Shown: positions 39,112 through 50,338 of the stretch, in pieces
Position numbering within the stretch: position 1 is the stretch's first letter
How the letters are laid out: every line of letters begins with the position of its first letter
Assembly (NCBI GenBank): GCA_020536535.1
Contig: JAHLWZ010000751.1
Span: forward strand, 1 to 64,000
Source of the DNA: Pelomyxa schiedti
Taxonomy: Eukaryota > Protista > Evosea
Reading direction: 5' to 3'
Length of the DNA stretch: 64,000 bases
Notes under the pieces: generated by a model
Database searches by the model: none
Told to the model about the DNA's origin: nothing
What the model saw: only the letters and a program-made list of their open reading frames with translations
Program-made: the position numbers and the translations under genes

Positions 39112-41998
39112 ATGCTAGAAGAAGTGGAGGGTGACGTTGTTCCCCTGCTGAATTGCACTCGTCATTCGACTGTCCCAGATCCAGAGGAGCCAACAACGAC
39201 CGGATCTACGTCAGCAGCACGATCAGATCACAGCCACAGAGGTGGGGAACACGCGAAACGTAGTAAGCACAGCAAATATCGTCGTAGGCATCACAATGCA
39301 TCTGATGGAGACCACGCAAGGAGACATTCGTCAAGGTCTGCTTCTCCTAGAAACTCGGAATCTTCAAGTTCTACGACTACAAGCGCGTCTCTTGCGCCTG
39401 AAGTTAATATGGCGCTGTTGGCGGCGAGAGACACCTCTGGTTTTGAGTTGGACGACGTGACTGCTGCAAAATACGCCAAATATGCGAAAATGTATGATTC
39501 TAGAGAAGCAATGCTTGTGAAAATGTGGGACACCTGGCGTGCGAAATGTGGCATTTCTGGAGACAATTTCCCTTCAAGTGCACTTCTTCTCACGACCATA
39601 TTGTCTCCTAACATTCACGTAGGGGCGAAATTGGTACCCTTGAAAGAATTTAGATACCTCGTTTACAAGGGAATCCCCAGAAAGTACCGACCTAGGGTAG
39701 AAGATCCTCACTAGATCATTTTCATTGTTACCAAACTACCCCAGCTGTGGAAAATAATCAGCGGGGCTGCAGATTTACAAGCAAGTGAACCCTCCAACTA
39801 CTATAGAGATCTCGCCAGAAGGGCAGAACAAGAGGATACCTACTTCAAAGTTGCTATAGAAAAGGTTTCTACACTTATCATGGCGAAATAATAACATAGT
39901 AGGATTTGAGCCGTACATTTCCAAATAACTCCTATTTTGGGGATTCAGACCTTGGATATGTCGAGTCGTTGCGACACGTACTACTTGCGTATTCCGTTCG
40001 AAATAGGACTGTTGGTTATTGCCAGGTTTCTGGATAATACCAGAATAGAAAAAAACCTAAAAAGGGACGGTTTTTTAGAGTATGAACGTCCTTGCAGCAT
40101 GGCTTATTCTCCACTTGGAAAGTGAGGAAGATGCATTTTGGGTACTTTGTTCCATTGTTGAATATTTATACCAAAGTTACTATACGTCAAGCATGCTGGG
40201 TGCTCAGGTGTGCTTCTTTTTGAGCTTAGTTTTTGATTTTAAGTCTGTTAAGATTGACTTGAGAATTCTCAAAGAGTTAGTCACACAAAATTTCCCCAAT
40301 GAACACCAGCACCTAGAAAACATGTCATTATCATTGCCGCTACTGTGTACCAAGTGGTTTCTATGCGTTTTCATTTCACTGCTGCCCACTGAAGTAGTGC
40401 CAATGATACTCTTGAAAAATACTCACTGATGAATTATAGACATGCCTGAGAGTTTGGGATTCCTTTTTACTCTACGGCTCCATGATAACCTTCCGAATTT
40501 CGTTGTCCTTGTTTAGCCAGTGCTCACGTGAGATAATGAGGTAATAAGTTAGAAGGTGAGGTCAGTTGGCTCACGTGTACTAGCTCTACATCACCAACTG
40601 ATGTTATCATGCTTTTCCAAGAGAAGCCTTTATTGTGTTTCAATCACCCGCAATTGTTCAGGGTATCTTTTTACGACGATCACTTTTCTTTCTCAGCCGC
40701 ATTAGGCAATAAAAAGAATGGATCATATTACCTACAAAAGACTCGATTTTCTCCATGCCAAGTTTTCTGATGAAATAAAAGCAGAAATGAATGAAGTACA
40801 TAAAATGCGGGATGTACAGCAGCTACAGAACTTAACTCGCTGTATGTCTGGAATTATGCACAACTTCCATTGACTCTTTCTTTGAGTTTCTCGCACCGAA
40901 CTGGTGGGTCTTTGGACTCAGTTTGCCAATTTTGGTCAAACAGACCGGAGCAGCAGAGGCTCTGCTGTCTTCAACTTTGATCAATTCCAGCAAGTCTTTT
41001 CTGCAATAGGTCATCAACGAAATTGCTATCATATTGATAACAGTGCACTGACATTGTTAATTTATGGTAGTTCCTGGATGGCAACCAAACACGCCTGCTA
41101 TGCTGCAGTTATTTAAGGTCTGGTTTCTTATGTGATAAAACTTCTGACTTTCGAAAGATTTTTGATGCAAATGGCGACAATCGCATAGATTTTCGCGAGG
41201 TATGCAATTTCAACCACAAATTTCTCACTCAAGGAGTATCTGATTAGCTCATGGTTGGACTATCTCTTCTTTCCAAAGGCAGTGTGGAAGAGAGGCTGCA
41301 CTGTACGAGTTCTTTTATATTCATTTCTAACTGGTTCCAGTGTGTTTTCGTACATACGACCCTGAAAACACGGGATACATAAGGTTTTTTAATGATGCTT
41401 TTTCTATTCTTTAAAAAAGGAAAACACAAGTAAGGATGACATAGTGGATATGCTTAGAAGCGTTTATAAAAGAGCCAAATGCGATAATGGCTTGACGCTA
41501 GATACTACTATTCTTAAAATGGTCAATGATATGTGTCAGAGCTTGGACATCGTTGGGGAAGGTCTTATTTCTTTTGAGGTACAAGCCTTCTTCAAGGCCA
41601 AAACCCTAACATTACGAAAGGATTTTCTTCAAATTGTGCATTGTTCCCCCCAGTTAATTGAGTATTTTGTTATTGATCAAGGACAGGAAGGTGAAGTACT
41701 CCCCATTCTTTACATTCCCTCACCACTAAAAGCAACCACTCTTTTGTATCGGCCGAAGAACGTAGTGTCTTTACCGGACTCATTTGCCACCAAGGAGCCG
41801 TCACGCCCCAATCTCAAAGAAAGCGCGAGTCACGACACCACCCCTAGTACCGGCACACCCAATACCTCCATTGATTCCATTGATGCCGTGGTAAATGAGT
41901 TTGTGTATGTATCTGCAGAATCTCTCCTGCCAGGTGAGGTAGAAGAATACCAACTGCACCAGCAGAAGTGCTGTTTGTGTAGATGTAATATCTTATGA
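39112..41998 (+). CDS. TBC RabGAP with EF-hands and C-terminal CaaX
   Basis: Intact IEKDLSRTFP and GYCQSMN; EF-hands FDANGDNRIDFRE and YDPENTGYI; ends KCCLCRCNIL*. Confidence 0.9.
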
Positions 41999-42064
41999 AC
42001 CAATCATTTCCTTGTCTCCTTCTCCCCTGACTTTTCCTTTTCCTCCAACAAAACCCTCTTCAAC

Positions 42065-43102
42065 ATGGACGAAATTCTTGCAGAGGTTGCAGCACAAGCG
42101 TTTGGTGGGCAGACTCAATTGGTTCTCAGCACCAAATACCCACAACCCAAGTCCACTAGCGGACTGCAGAACACCAACACAGTCATCGATACACTCCCAG
42201 CCCACGACTCCTTCATTCTCCGTGTCTACCCCCAGAATGCCACCGCAACCACAACAGCCTACGGCGTCCCCACCCACGCCAACGAGGCTGCTGCGCTCAG
42301 GCACCTGCAGGGCAAGGGCGGCCTGGCCCCGAGGCTCGTGGCCGCCGGCACCCTGGCCTCGGGCCGCCCCTTTGCCTTGCTCGAGTACGTGCCGAACCAG
42401 GGGACCGTGGAGCCCAGGGGCGTGACGCCCGAGGCGATGAGGCTGGTGGCCCGCATCCTGGCCGCGACCCACGCGCGCGGCGCGGGGCTGGGCGCGGACT
42501 CGTGCCTGCGCGAGTCGGCGAGGGAGGCGCGGGACTGCAGGCTGTTCCCGCCGGGCTGCGAGGAGCGGGTGCGGGAGGGCTTCTTGTCGTCCGGGGGTGG
42601 TGACGCGGAGCTGGGAGCGAGGCTGGCTGCGCTGTGGGGCTCGGTGGAGGCCAGGGCTGCTGGCCACATGCTGGATTTCGCTGGGTTGAGGAGGGACTCT
42701 TTGGTGCACGGGGATGCTCACTGCGGGAACTTCCTCAGGCTGCCTGGTGAGCCGCTGGCACTGGGTCTAATTGACTGGGAAGGGGCGCATGTTGGATGCC
42801 CATTGGAGGACCTCGCGTGCTTCTCGGTGGTTACTTTTCCGCCGCTTTCTGACCAGCAGATATCTGAATTCATAGGGATGTACCGCACTGAATCGGGAGA
42901 TAGTAGTATGTGGATTGATTCCCTTGGTCCGAAACTGCAGCCTATGTTTGCCTTATTTCAAGTTCGCAAGCTGTGTACTGTCATCAGCTCACTCAACAAA
43001 GCCCTCTCTATGAGCGGCTCTGACCCCACTAAGAAGGCTGCTTTGACTGGGGGACTGCAATTTTTCCTGGGCCTGCTAAGCAGGATTATTGCCTTACTAT
43101 GA
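42065..43102 (+). CDS. aminoglycoside phosphotransferase / choline kinase-like (APH family) protein, intronless
   Basis: ILRVYP..NEAAALRHL, LLEYV, LVHGDAHCGNF, LIDWEGA..G.P.EDLA. Confidence 0.85.
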   Translation: MDEILAEVAAQAFGGQTQLVLSTKYPQPKSTSGLQNTNTVIDTLPAHDSFILRVYPQNATATTTAYGVPTHANEAAALRHLQGKGGLAPRLVAAGTLASGRPFALLEYVPNQGTVEPRGVTPEAMRLVARILAATHARGAGLGADSCLRESAREARDCRLFPPGCEERVREGFLSSGGGDAELGARLAALWGSVEARAAGHMLDFAGLRRDSLVHGDAHCGNFLRLPGEPLALGLIDWEGAHVGCPLEDLACFSVVTFPPLSDQQISEFIGMYRTESGDSSMWIDSLGPKLQPMFALFQVRKLCTVISSLNKALSMSGSDPTKKAALTGGLQFFLGLLSRIIALL

Positions 43103-43595
43103 CCGCTCAAACAGAGCGGTGCACCTAGAAGTTTCAGAATCGAAATAAAGTTTGTTTTTAGTATGTCCCCACATTAATTTTTATCTGCATAATGCAACCA
43201 CAATCATGACTGCCAATTTTCGCTGAGTGCTGTCATAGCATACTACTCTCTTTTCATGTTCATAGACAAAGTCAAACAAACAGCAATAACAAAAATGCTA
43301 TGCCAAACAGGGAAACTCTATCACGAGAATGTATCCCTCACCCTCTTTGCACTGCCAGACCAAGTTGTTGCATGACACGTTGAAATTTACTTTTTTTCTG
43401 GTTGGGACTGGCATTGCTCGCAACATTGCCAAAGCCCTGCCTCTCAGCCATTTGCATCACCCTTTCACTTTTTTTTTTAGAAAGTTTAAGGTTTTTCAAC
43501 AATGTCCTTTTTTTTTTGTACGTAATAACGTGGCTTGTGTGCCTGTCAAAAGCACGACGCTATTACTTTCCCAGACATGCACATGGCAGTTTCTT

Positions 43596-45658
43596 TCAGC
43601 TCCGCGGTACCCTTTCACTTGCTAAGAGCTTAGAGCGTTGCTGCTCATAAACTGACATTATTCCCTAGTACAAAGTCAGATAGCCACATTTGAAGGGAAA
43701 TCAAGACCTCAACTGCAACGATTTGATACTGGTAAGCTTTCATATGAACCAATCCTCTGGCGAAGGTTCGCTTTGCGATCGCCCCAGTTCGGGTCATTGT
43801 CTGTTGTAGTTGCTGCTGCCTCCAGCTTGGGTCCAAAATAAGTAACTGAACAGCTCCAGAAGTTGTTTTCTCAACCCCAACAATCAACCTCGAATGTCCT
43901 AATCTTACAGTCATATTTGTCTTGACTGCAAGGTGTGGTACCTTGATGTTGAAGATATAGAGGTGGATGCCCAATGTGCGGGGATTCCTTCGCATAATAG
44001 TCCCATACCCACCCAAATAGATGTGGATGCTGCCCTTGTTTGTCTGGTTGATGAAAGTCAACAATCCTGTCACTATTTAGTTTAATTGAAAGCGCTGCTA
44101 GAGCACCTGCATTTCACTCTATTGGCACGTAAAATGACAGCACATTCACTTCCACCAATCCATTTCTTAGTTCCAACGACTTTTCCTCTGAACTGCGCAC
44201 ATCCTGCTGGATCATACCCTAGACTCCAGTGGGTACTGAAATACCACAATGAAAAAATGGAACCTTCTTTCCAGGCTTTCTCAAGGCAAAACTGAAGTTC
44301 TACAATTGTGGGTACTTCACCTCTACCTATCATGACTTCACTAATGAAAAGAAATTGAATAGAAAAAGATACCATCAAGAATCAGGGATTTATAGTGCGA
44401 ATGCTTTACGAGGTGTGAAAATATCATCTGGATGTTTTTATAGCCGCAACAACCACGTTCCTCACCGCCTGTGGAGTAGTGGTCCACCCTCTCTGAAAGA
44501 AAAACACACGAGGCTGTAGAACTTTTCGCACTGCCCAGTGATGAAAGAAAGCCTGTAACATTGACTGTGATTCCCCCTTCCCCTGCTGTAGTCATAGGTT
44601 ATTGGTTCAGACGCCATCTTAGAGATGCAAACCATCACGGTTGAGATTCCGACTTGCAGTGGCCTGACTTTCTCTGTGTGCATGATCAACCTTAGCAGTT
44701 GTAGTACTAGCACTAGCACAACTGTGTGATGTATTCAGAGTATGTATCCCTGCTGAAGTCTTGGGCGCAATGCTAACCATAGGGTGTTTGTGTCCAATCA
44801 TTAAATAGCAACTCTGAGTTGCAACATGAGAAATGAAGGAACAGCAGGAAGCGAAATGGAACCTCACACAAGTCATAGTCAGGACAAGTTGAACATCTGC
44901 TAACTCTGTAAGAAGGGCACTGCTCAAAACAGACAAACAAACTTGTAGCGAATCCCAGGAGGATCAGCACGCCCACATCCGTCGCAAATTACAGAAAAGT
45001 GTTCCTCCAATCTCCGCATTCTGGCTTCCATTCCTCCACACAGAGCAGGTTTTGTTCTCGAAGTAGACGACCACTTTGCACACGGCCCGGTGCCATTATC
45101 ATTGTCATTGTCATTGAAAGCACGCCGCCTATCGCTTCCAGGAAAATCCAAATCCACATCCACAGTGCTGTTCTCACACAAATGAGGGTCATGGTCCAAA
45201 TCCAAACGTGGGGACAAGGGCAAGGACGACGGCGAAACACACAAAGCGCTATCTCCTCCATCGATTCCCTCGTCGCCGTCGCCGCGGCCGCCTCCGCTGC
45301 CGGTGCTCGTGCTCGCGCTGGTGCTGCTCAGCACCGCCGTCTCCAGGACTGCCTCGAGCGAGAGCTGCCGCAGCTGCGTCTGCCGCGGTGGCGCTGTGTC
45401 CCCGCCTCGCTGATGGTGGTGCTGCTGCTGTTGCTGGAAGTAATGCGATGCGGCACCAGAGGCGGCCGATGAAGACGACGAGGATGTGGTTGTGGTGGTG
45501 CTTGGGGGGCTCGATGAAGAGGACGTGCGCGCGGACGACGGCGGGGGCCTTCTGTAGGCGACGGAGCGGGTGGTATTGCCGTCCGCGAAGTGGGTGTCTG
45601 TGTGCAGCTGTATGAGATCCGCCGGGTACCACTCGTCACACACGGGGCACTGCATCAT
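43596..45658 (-). CDS. ZUP1: ZUP1/ZUFSP-like deubiquitinase (peptidase C78) with UBZ4 and ZZ zinc fingers
   Basis: UBZ4: QCPVCDEW..LIQLHTDTHF. ZZ: CDGC..RYKCSTCPDYDLCESC..H.H. C78: CGYKNIQM, LEKAWKEGYDPAG, KKWIG, YLQHQGHSRLIVGVE, LLILDP. Confidence 0.88.
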
Positions 45659-46133
45659 CAAAAAGCGCTAGTTTCGAGGTAACTGGGCCATCCAGTAAAA
45701 AAAATGTTTGGAACACCAGTATTCACAAGTTACAGGGTCTCTAGGATACAAGGACCCAGAAGCAACAAAGTGCTGTTCTCCCACAATCCTGGCTCAGGAG
45801 GGATCCAAACATTAAAAAGACATTTTTTTGCCCTCAAAATTTGCCTTAAATGCACGGGAGTACTGGTGCTCCAATGTGAACGTGGTTCATCGAAAACTAA
45901 ACAACTCATCGCAGCAAGCATGGACTGGGCTACACTCTCAATGTGGCCCAGTCAGCCCTCTACCAGCCTTCCAAGCTGGCAAGCGGGTAAACCCCACGTT
46001 ACTCCACTCACCACCTGTGCATGGAAAGGTTCCTTTTTTTGTTATTGTACTTGTTAACCTGGATTTTCATTGTTCTATGTTTTGTTGACAGCAATGAGGT
46101 CAATAGGTACTTTAGTTTTATCAGGTTGAAGGT

Positions 46134-48052
46134 TCAATATCCGGGTCTGTCAACTTGCATGTCGGTGGGTGTCTGGAAGTTGGGTTGTTGAGCTGGTACT
46201 CTACTGTGTTGTGTTGGCGGTGACTGCCTTTCTTTTTGTGGTGGTGTTTGTGGTTGTGCTGCTGCCGTTGTTGTTGTATGTGCCTGGTTCTGTGTTTGGT
46301 CATGTTGCTGTTGTTGTGGTGTCTGTAGGCCCGTTTGACCAGGGGAAGGGTGACTCCGTGGTTGTGTGTGGGGTGGGGGTGAATGTGTACGAGGACTGAC
46401 TGGTGTGTGCGATTGTGATTGTGGCTGCGGTTGCGGTTGTGGTTGTGGTTGTGGATGAGAGGGTGCGTGGGGTGTGAGGAATGACAAGTCCTGGTCGGAG
46501 CTGATCACAAGCTCAAGTTGGTTCTTTCTCACAAAGACGGCGGCCGCCATCATCCATTTCGTAAGTGATGACGAGGAGAAGACAGTGATGATACTGGCAT
46601 CTTTTGATAGCTCGATGGCCATCTTAGTTGCAGTGGTGAGTATTGAAGAATTGTGAGTTGATGTGAGTGATACCTCAGGTGTCTGATGTGCTCGTATTAT
46701 GTGTGAACAGCCACTCTGCTTTTGAAATAGCTTCACGGCCATTTTACCAAACACACATATTCTATCTCCTCGGGGACTTGGAGCAAACCCAGGTGGATTG
46801 TTGTTTTCTACTGAAGCGTAAGTTTTGAAAACTGTGTAGTACAGAGGAATTAACCTATATTGTTTTCCTGGTGTTGTGTGGCAGGGTCGGACCACAAAAG
46901 ATCGATGATAAATTGCGAAACTTCCCTTCTTGTGTCAATAGGGCGGGGAATCTTTGTTTTTTGTTCTTGTTGATGAAAAGAAAGAATTAGACTTAGAATA
47001 GCATACACACTTGCTGTATGGTACTAAGTATATTAACATTGTGGGCAGTGAGATCCCGTGGGATACCACCATGAACACAAAATATCTTCTTGTCAATTAA
47101 AGCTGCGAGAGGAAGGTAGTTGAAACAGTGATTGAGCGCTTCCCAGAGTTTTTGACCTAAAGTTTTGTTAGCATTCATTTGCATTCATTTATCAGTCATA
47201 CATACCAAAATCAGGAGAAAATTTCCGACACTGTGCAAGAAGAGAAGTATCCCCGTTGCCATTTATTTCATACGACTCGTGGTTTCCCCGCAGAAGAAAT
47301 ATCTGTACCAATTTAAATTGCATACCCCAGCATTCAGGCATACCGTTGATGGAGCAAGAACCTTTAAAGCAAATAACAATACAAGTATTTCCACGCTATG
47401 GGGACCACGATCGACTGCTCAAGGATTTACACAATGTAGGGAGATAGTGATTCAACCATAATCCCCCAGCAGTAACAGTTTGCCGGCTGCAAGTTCACAA
47501 TAATCCCAAAATCCAAAAGCTTTTATAAACATGGCGAGATCCTGGTATTTACCACAAGTTAAACGAGCCAACATGACAATTAAAGGATATTTTGCTCGCC
47601 TTATAATTTCCATGAAGATCACCAAGGATATATACAGGCTGTTCCAAGTCAAGCAAAGTAGGTTCCAGCTTTAAAAATTCAATCACATCCTCTATTAAAT
47701 GCAGAAGACTCGGGATGTCCAATTTGATGCCATCATCCCACCTAAACCCTCATGTGAATATTTAAATAACTTGAACCACTACAACAGACGACCTGAACGA
47801 GTCGCCAGAGAGTCTAAAGTTCGTTTTCATCATAGACAGTATTCTCTTGGCACCTTCTGGCCCTCTCCGGGTCGGCCCAGTAGCCAGGGTTACATTTGGG
47901 CTTTGCTGGCATAGTGGGACCTGAACAACGGCGCCCCCGCGTGTTATCTGTGCTGATAATTTAACACTTACAATAAAGTCAGCCAGCGCACTTGCAACAG
48001 CTGCGTACAAATGGTGGGCTGCGTCATCGAGCGCAAGGAACAACTTGGAAGG
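46134..48052 (-). CDS. PPP-family Ser/Thr phosphatase, divergent (5' end uncertain, possibly to ATG 48534)
   Basis: GDLHGNYKDL, LGDYVDRG, LRGNHE, LPLAALIDKKIFCVHGGI, DLLWSDP, IRAHQ, ITVFSSSS; Gln/Pro-rich tail. Confidence 0.85.
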
Positions 48053-48276
48053 TCCAAGAAAAAAAATGAAACCATCAGTCCTACAGATAGGGGAAAAAAA
48101 AAACGCGTGTTCCCAGGTTTGATCCAACGGCCCAAGACAGAAAAAAGACTTGTTCCCCTACTACTCGCGCTTATTCTTTCAACCCTTCAGGGACAGTCGG
48201 CGAAATGAGTGCCGCCAGGTATTAATCGCCAATGTTCGCGAGCTGTCGTGAAAATCTTCGAAAACTCTCGTGCTGA

Positions 48277-48521
48277 GGGAATTAAGCCGCAGGAGTCACC
48301 TGCCGGAAGGAAACGATCTGTTAGGCGAAGAAGGGTTTTTTTCTTCTTCAACTGTCGCAAATCCGGCACGACCGGCTTTTGGCTCACACGACTGTACTCG
48401 TGCTTGTGGTCACAACGGGCCACGTCATGACCACAGTTCGGCGGTCCTGGTGCTCGATCCGGGAAGAAGAAAAAAACCCTTCGCCTAACAGATCGTTTCC
48501 GTCGGCTGCGGCTTAATTCCC
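48277..48521. repeat. imperfect long inverted repeat (arms about 73 and 59 bp, 113-bp spacer)
   Basis: gggaattaagccgcag...ggaaacgatctgttaggcgaag(aag)ggtttttttcttcttc at 48277-48349; reverse complement at 48463-48521. Confidence 0.9.
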
Positions 48522-48877
48522 CAAGTGGTGCCATGCTGTCAGAACACTTCAGCATGTGGGAGTGAGTTGGAGTTTGGAAATGAAAAGCACGGTATCCCGA
48601 CAAAGCGCGTTTTTTTTTCTGATCTGATCCCTGACAGGTTCACAGTACAATGACATTTGACCCTTTTCTCACGAGGGGCGCGACAGTTCAGGAAGATCGT
48701 TTGGGCATCTTCATAAATCACCTGCACCCCACAAGGTGGGCACATTCTCATCAAACACAGCAACGGCAGGGACCCATCAGGAAGTGAAAAAAGAAAAGGA
48801 AAAAAATTAAAACCTATTTTTTTTCGATTTTTTCTTTCAAATGTCAAATCTGAACCAGAAAATCGAATTATTTACTC

Positions 48878-50206
48878 ATGCAACCACAACTAATACCAAT
48901 ACCAGAACCAATACCAGAACCAATACCACGAATAACACCACGACCAATACCACGACCTGCTAGCCGATCACCTGATGTCGAAAGAATCGCTGTCCGAGAG
49001 AGACAGTTGGAAGAGAAGGAACGCCAACTGCGCCAGCGGGAGGAAGATTGTGCGCGGCGAGAACGTAACCTGACAATTCAAGAACAGCGCAATTGCATGC
49101 CTTCTGGGGGCTCTGGTGTGGCTTTTTCTGAACTGAATTCGGTGCACGGAGTCATTACCCAGCTACAACCTCAATTAATCACGGCTGCTGCAGAGGTTAT
49201 GCGCTTCGAGGAATGTTTGACCCGCGTGAGGGAGCAGTGTCAAACACTCAGGGAGAGAACTGGAGCGCTGGAAAGTGAATTGCTCAAACTTACTGAATTG
49301 AGAGATATACTAGTTAAAGAACGCAACGACTTGGAGATGAAATGCAATCAAGTCCTCGGAAAAGCTTTCACCTCGCAAAGTAGTGGGTCAGATATTCGGA
49401 AAGCTAGTGACAAAATTAAGAGTTTGACTCAAAAAGTTTTGGAAACTCTGCCTCATGATGGAACACCGCCTCTAGTACCATCCAAAGGTAACTCCTATCC
49501 CTTTGTATTTACTTCATTAATTCCAATTGTGTCTCCGAATAGACAGTGGCAACTTAATCGCATCCACACCAACCCCATTTGAGAAACTTGTCTGCCTTGA
49601 TGCACCGCCATTTTCTTTGAAGTCAATTACAGACAATCTTATGCTTCTACAATCCTGCAAATTGAACGAATGCCCTAAGCTTCTTGACAAATATTCCCTA
49701 TTAGCCAAAGAATGTAGTGATCTGTCTTCCCAAATCCAATTCCTTGAAAAAGAACGCAGTGACCTGTTCCTGTCGTGCAAAGAATTAGACCAGTCTTACC
49801 AGCAAAGTTACTTGTTTCATAACGCCTTGGAAGGAAATGCAGAATTTATTGGATTACCAAATGTGCGCCAGAAGTTATGTGCACTCCTCCCAGAGGCTCA
49901 ACAACAACTTATGGGCCTTCTTGGCCAGGCAGGATCATCTTGCCCACCTGGAAGTACAGCATCGCCTTCACCGGCTCCTTCCTGCGGAACCTTACCAGTA
50001 TCAAATGAGATATTATGTATTGTGTGTGATGAGAGGCCACGCAATGTTCGCCTGCACCCTTGTGGACATGGTGTTCTTTGCTCAGAGGTAATCTTTTCAG
50101 TATCTTTCATTTTTATCCTAATGTCCCCTATCAGTGTGCTGCTTTTCTGAGGAAGTGCCCATTCTGCCGCAGCCCAATTCAAGATAAACAAAAGTTGTTT
50201 CTCTAA
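48878..50206 (+). CDS. coiled-coil protein with C-terminal C3HC4 RING (IAP-type E3 ligase finger)
   Basis: Spliced C-terminus CIVCDERPRNVRLHPCGHGVLCSECAAFLRKCPFCRSPIQDKQKLFL*; N-terminal PEPI repeats and heptad-rich region. Confidence 0.85.
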
Positions 50207-50338
50207 ACCAACCATCTTGGTACGGTCCCTTTTCGACTTTTTACTCGGTGGTTGGCCCACTCCTCAGTCCGCAACACCCCGCACTTAGTCGAATGAACGA
50301 AAAAGTAAACCTTTCCGTGATTGATGAGCAGGTAAGCC

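Noticed and set aside
45704-46088. ORFs between the ZUP1-like and PPP genes
   Set aside because: No motifs; probably promoter or UTR sequence.
31496-48052. Three metallophosphatases within 17 kb as a functional cluster
   Set aside because: Different subfamilies separated by unrelated genes; likely reflects a signalling-rich genome.
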